A stretch of DNA of 64,000 nt from an uncultured Rhizobiaceae bacterium (GTDB lineage: Bacteria > Pseudomonadota > Alphaproteobacteria > UBA7879 > VGCX01), in NCBI GenBank assembly GCA_964350815.1, contig CAYGKW010000001.1, forward strand, positions 92,120 through 156,119, given 5' to 3'. This document shows positions 60,744 to 64,000 of the stretch, one piece after another. Both the position numbers and the translations under genes were made by a program. The notes under the pieces are model-generated. The model worked only from the letters and a program-made list of their open reading frames with translations, ran no database searches and was not told the origin of the DNA. The first letter of the stretch is position 1. The number at the start of each line of letters is the position of its first letter.

Positions 60744-62333
60744 CTATTGAATTGTATTAATTTTGGCGTCTGGATACGCCTCTAAAATTTTTTGAATTTC
60801 TGGGTTTTGCCTCAGCCTATTCATTAACTCTTGCTGCTGAACTTTTTTTTGGTCAGCTAGCGTTGTACCAGATGCATCATTTTCTTGTACAAATTTCCAA
60901 TTATGACCTGTCCACTGTGTCAATTTTTCACGAACTGTACGTATGAATGTTGATGGTAAAGTTTTTGGAATAAATAAACAAATTTCCCCCGGGATATATT
61001 TTGTAACACGAACATCATATTCTAAATGACTGGCTAAGATAGGTTCTTTTTTATCCGAAAATAATTGCACTACATCCGCAAAATTATGGGGCAATTCAAT
61101 AGGCTGTTGCTCAGCTGGCTGTGTCGCCTGCATTGCCTGTTCAGTTTCCAAAGGGGTTACTTTTTGCACGTCCTGTTTTGATTGGCTGCCTCCACCCGAA
61201 GCTGCTGAAAGAACAGCCTTTACATGCATGGCCCGGATAACAATCATTTCCAATGTTTGGGTTGTTAGTACTGTTTGTTTTAATTCTTGCTGTCCTTTAA
61301 CCAACACTTGCCAGACCATTGAAATGTCAGGAACTGACAGTTGTGTTGCTGTCTCTTGCGCCCTTTTTATTTCATCAATTGGAATGGCCAATACTTCCGC
61401 ACTTTTTGGATTTACCTTTAAAGCCGTTAAGGCATGCATCATTTCCATTAAATCTTGAACTATTTTTAAGGGCTCAGCCCCTTTGTTTAAAAGATTTTTC
61501 GTACCTTCCAAGGCTTTTTCAATCTCTCCCTTTAAAATGGATTCTGTTAAATCAAGTAAATCTGATTTATCATTTAAGCCTAGCATTTCCTTGACTGAGA
61601 CTTCTGTAATTTTTTCATCCGCACTATTAATGGCTTGATCCAATAAGGATAATCCATCACGCACAGATCCATCCGCTGCTTTGCATAGTAAGGCTAAGGC
61701 CGCATCTTCAAATGAAATTTTTTCTTTTTCTAAAAGTTGAGAAAAATAATCTTGCATAACAGGAACTTCAACCCGACGTAAATCAAAGCGTTGACAACGC
61801 GACAATACAGTAACGGGAACTTTACGAATTTCTGTCGTGGCAAAAACAAATTTTACATGGGCAGGCGGTTCTTCCAATGTTTTCAGCAATGCATTAAAGG
61901 CACTTTTTGATAACATATGAACTTCGTCAATGATGTATATTTTATAACGTCCAAAGGATGGTTTGTAATGTACCCCATCAATTAATTCACGCACATCATC
62001 CACCCCCGTACGGCTGGCTGCGTCGACTTCGATAACATCAACATGCTTTTCTTGGGAAATGGCTGTGCACTGTTCACATGCACCACAAGGTTCTGTTGTT
62101 GGGCCGGATTGTCCATCACTTCCAATACAATTAAGTGCACGCGCCATTAATCTTGCTGTTGTTGTTTTACCAACACCACGAACACCAGTTAGAATGAAAG
62201 AATGTGCCAGGCGACCTGTTTTTAAGGAATTAGAAAGTGTGCGCACCAAGACGTCTTGCCCAATGACTTCGGAAAACTTTTTGGGGCGATATTTACGTGC
62301 AAGGACTAAGTAATTTTCTTGTACTTCTGCCAT
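60744..62333 (-). CDS. dnaX: DNA polymerase III subunit gamma/tau
   Basis: AAA+ clamp-loader motifs GVRGVGKTTTARL and YIIDEVHMLS. Zn module CGACEQC. The start is taken at MAEVQENY. Confidence 0.9.
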   Translation of the reverse strand: MAEVQENYLVLARKYRPKKFSEVIGQDVLVRTLSNSLKTGRLAHSFILTGVRGVGKTTTARLMARALNCIGSDGQSGPTTEPCGACEQCTAISQEKHVDVIEVDAASRTGVDDVRELIDGVHYKPSFGRYKIYIIDEVHMLSKSAFNALLKTLEEPPAHVKFVFATTEIRKVPVTVLSRCQRFDLRRVEVPVMQDYFSQLLEKEKISFEDAALALLCKAADGSVRDGLSLLDQAINSADEKITEVSVKEMLGLNDKSDLLDLTESILKGEIEKALEGTKNLLNKGAEPLKIVQDLMEMMHALTALKVNPKSAEVLAIPIDEIKRAQETATQLSVPDISMVWQVLVKGQQELKQTVLTTQTLEMIVIRAMHVKAVLSAASGGGSQSKQDVQKVTPLETEQAMQATQPAEQQPIELPHNFADVVQLFSDKKEPILASHLEYDVRVTKYIPGEICLFIPKTLPSTFIRTVREKLTQWTGHNWKFVQENDASGTTLADQKKVQQQELMNRLRQNPEIQKILEAYPDAKINTIQ

Positions 62334-62471
62334 TATTATAAACCCTTTGTGCAAACGCGCTGTTTGCTTAGAAACTTAACAACAGTTTAATTTTGATATC
62401 ACTAGGCATAAGTGAGGCTGCCTATGGATAATAGGCAACGAGCGCCATAACGACGTGATAGCTTAATTAAA

Positions 62472-62594
62472 AGTGAGAGACTGAACGCACGACCCGAAAG
62501 AGGTTGCTGCGGCTGCTTTCTTCCGAACCTGACCGGGTTCACAACTGATCCGCCCATGGTCAGTCCCTCAAACAGAAATATAACATTCCCCCCA
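62472..62594 (-). ncRNA. ffs: Signal recognition particle RNA (4.5S / ffs), small bacterial type; ends approximate
   Basis: The minus strand contains CCGGUCAGGUUCGGAAGAAAGCAGCCGCAG, which matches the universally conserved SRP RNA domain IV (..CAGGUC..GGAAG.AAGCAGCC..). The flanking sequences UGAGGGACUGACC and GGUCG..UCAGUCUCUCA pair. It lies immediately upstream of dnaX, as ffs/scr does in many bacteria. Confidence 0.75.
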
Positions 62595-62615
62595 TAAATA
62601 GCAAGGGGGAAGTGC

Positions 62616-63629
62616 TTACTTCGCCTCACACCTTAAAACATCCCTTAACGCCAGCATGTCTTCCGGCACATCGCTGGTAAATGACATTTCTTCTTTGCTG
62701 ATTGGGTGAATGAAATGAATTTCTTGGGCATGCAATGCTTGGCGGTCATTTTTCCACAGGCAATCCGGGTTTTCAGATAACAAGCGATTAATGATTTTAT
62801 TACGGTGACCCTTACCATAAGTTTGGTCCCCAATAATTGAATTCCCCATATAGGCCATGTGCACACGAATTTGGTGGGTGCGCCCTGTTTCCAATTTGCA
62901 CTTTACTTGGCTGGCAATAATGGCTTTGTCCGCTGTATATAATTCAATCGTTTCATAGTGGGTAATCGCTGTTTTTCCCTTACCTTCAACGGCAGCCATT
63001 TTCTGGCGGTTACGATCACTGCGTATAATATTTTTATCGATCGTTCCTGTTGCAGGCGAAAGGTGCCCCAAAACAAAAGAAACATAAGTACGGCTTAAAG
63101 ACCTGTCTTCAAATTGTTTTGATAATTCTGTGTGGGCTTTATCTGTTTTTGCCACCACCATTAATCCACTGGTATCTTTATCAAGGCGATGTACAATACC
63201 TGGGCGCTTAACGCCACCGATACCAGATAAAGTATTCCCACAATGATGAAGCAAGGCATTAACCAATGTTCCTGATGGATTCCCCGCACCGGGATGAACA
63301 ACCAACCCAACAGGTTTATTTATTACCAATAAATAGTCATCTTCAAATAAAATTTCTAGGGGAATATCTTCGGCTATTGGGTCTGGTTCATCTGCCTCTG
63401 GAATGCTTATTATATATACCTCATCAGCTTTAACTTTTATTGAGGGGTTTGTAATTATATCCCCATCTTCTGTTTGAAGGTGACCTTCTTGGATCAAGCC
63501 AGTAATGCGCGACCGCGTTAATTGACCCATGCATAAAATGGATAATGCTTTGTCCAGTCTGGATTTTTCTTGATCTTTTTCTATTACTAATGTCAGCTGT
63601 TGCACGAATTTTTTTCCTAAATTTGACAA
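62616..63629 (-). CDS. rluD: 23S rRNA pseudouridine synthase D
   Basis: S4 domain (RLDKALSILCMGQLTRSRITGLIQEGHL). Catalytic HRLDKDTSGLMVVAKT. About 337 aa. Confidence 0.85.
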   Translation of the reverse strand: MSNLGKKFVQQLTLVIEKDQEKSRLDKALSILCMGQLTRSRITGLIQEGHLQTEDGDIITNPSIKVKADEVYIISIPEADEPDPIAEDIPLEILFEDDYLLVINKPVGLVVHPGAGNPSGTLVNALLHHCGNTLSGIGGVKRPGIVHRLDKDTSGLMVVAKTDKAHTELSKQFEDRSLSRTYVSFVLGHLSPATGTIDKNIIRSDRNRQKMAAVEGKGKTAITHYETIELYTADKAIIASQVKCKLETGRTHQIRVHMAYMGNSIIGDQTYGKGHRNKIINRLLSENPDCLWKNDRQALHAQEIHFIHPISKEEMSFTSDVPEDMLALRDVLRCEAK

Positions 63630-63678
63630 TAAAAATTATATTGTGGCACTATGGTTAATATAAGGATAATAAAGACAT

Positions 63679-64000
63679 ATGTCAGGTATAAAACAACAAA
63701 ATCCAAAATTTATCGTTTCTAACGTGTTTAGTCGCATGCTTATTCCTTTTGCTGCAGTCATGTATACAGCCTTAAAAGAAAGCATTCTTTCGCCACAAGC
63801 AGGGGGCATGATGGATTCATGGGTGTCGATGGCATTCAGTGTGGTTTTCTTTTATATGCTACAAGTTTCTATGCTTAAAGACAGTAGCCACCGATTTTTA
63901 AGAAAAGATCTGTGGGTTCTTGGCTTTGCCTGGCTTGGCTTGGGGATACTGTGCCAACTTGTATTATTCAATCTTGTTTATGATATCTCTTTTAAAACAA
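63679..64000 (+). CDS. Hypothetical membrane protein, N-terminal part; continues past the window end
   Basis: An open frame from ATG 63679 (MSGIKQQNPKFIVSNVFSRMLIPFAAVMY...) with several hydrophobic helices and no stop before 64000. Confidence 0.35.
   Translation, partial: MSGIKQQNPKFIVSNVFSRMLIPFAAVMYTALKESILSPQAGGMMDSWVSMAFSVVFFYMLQVSMLKDSSHRFLRKDLWVLGFAWLGLGILCQLVLFNLVYDISFKT

Noticed and set aside
1-64000. Mobile elements, prophage and CRISPR
   Set aside because: No transposase, integrase, phage structural gene, or regularly spaced direct-repeat array was recognised in any frame. tRNA-adjacent placement of the tss module is noted but no integrase accompanies it.

Overview
The window is an AT-rich, gene-dense chromosomal segment that reads as alphaproteobacterial and possibly from a host-associated lineage. 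That lineage call is an inference from gene content and synteny: dusB–fis–ntrY–ntrX–trkA, ccmABC, xseB–ispA, and ffs–dnaX–ybaB–recR. Most of it is housekeeping: glnA (partial), def, cutA, phrB, pgpA, parE, ompR/envZ, accD, der–bamB–yfgM, ihfB, rpe, ccmCBA, cobO-type adenosyltransferase, rluC, ispA, xseB, thiolase, uvrC, mgtE, hemF, trmL, pgsA, recR, ybaB, dnaX and rluD. There are three tRNAs (Met/CAU, Gly/UCC, Leu/GAG) and an SRP RNA (ffs). The standout feature is a four-gene type VI secretion module on the minus strand, tssK–tssL(DotU)–tssM(IcmF)–tssA at 32050..39607. It lies between a tRNA-Met and ihfB and has none of the sheath, tube, spike, ClpV, TssEFG or TssJ genes anywhere in the 64 kb. 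Other points of interest follow. A structured, relatively GC-rich ~240-nt non-coding region with its own terminator sits at 31290..31530. A LysR regulator is split by a frameshift at an A8/T8 homopolymer. A lipoprotein with a zeta-toxin-like degenerate P-loop is convergent with an unknown polytopic membrane protein. There are several small secreted proteins of unknown function. A relatively GC-rich stretch of gene fragments lies downstream of ispA. No transposases, CRISPR arrays or obvious prophage genes were seen.
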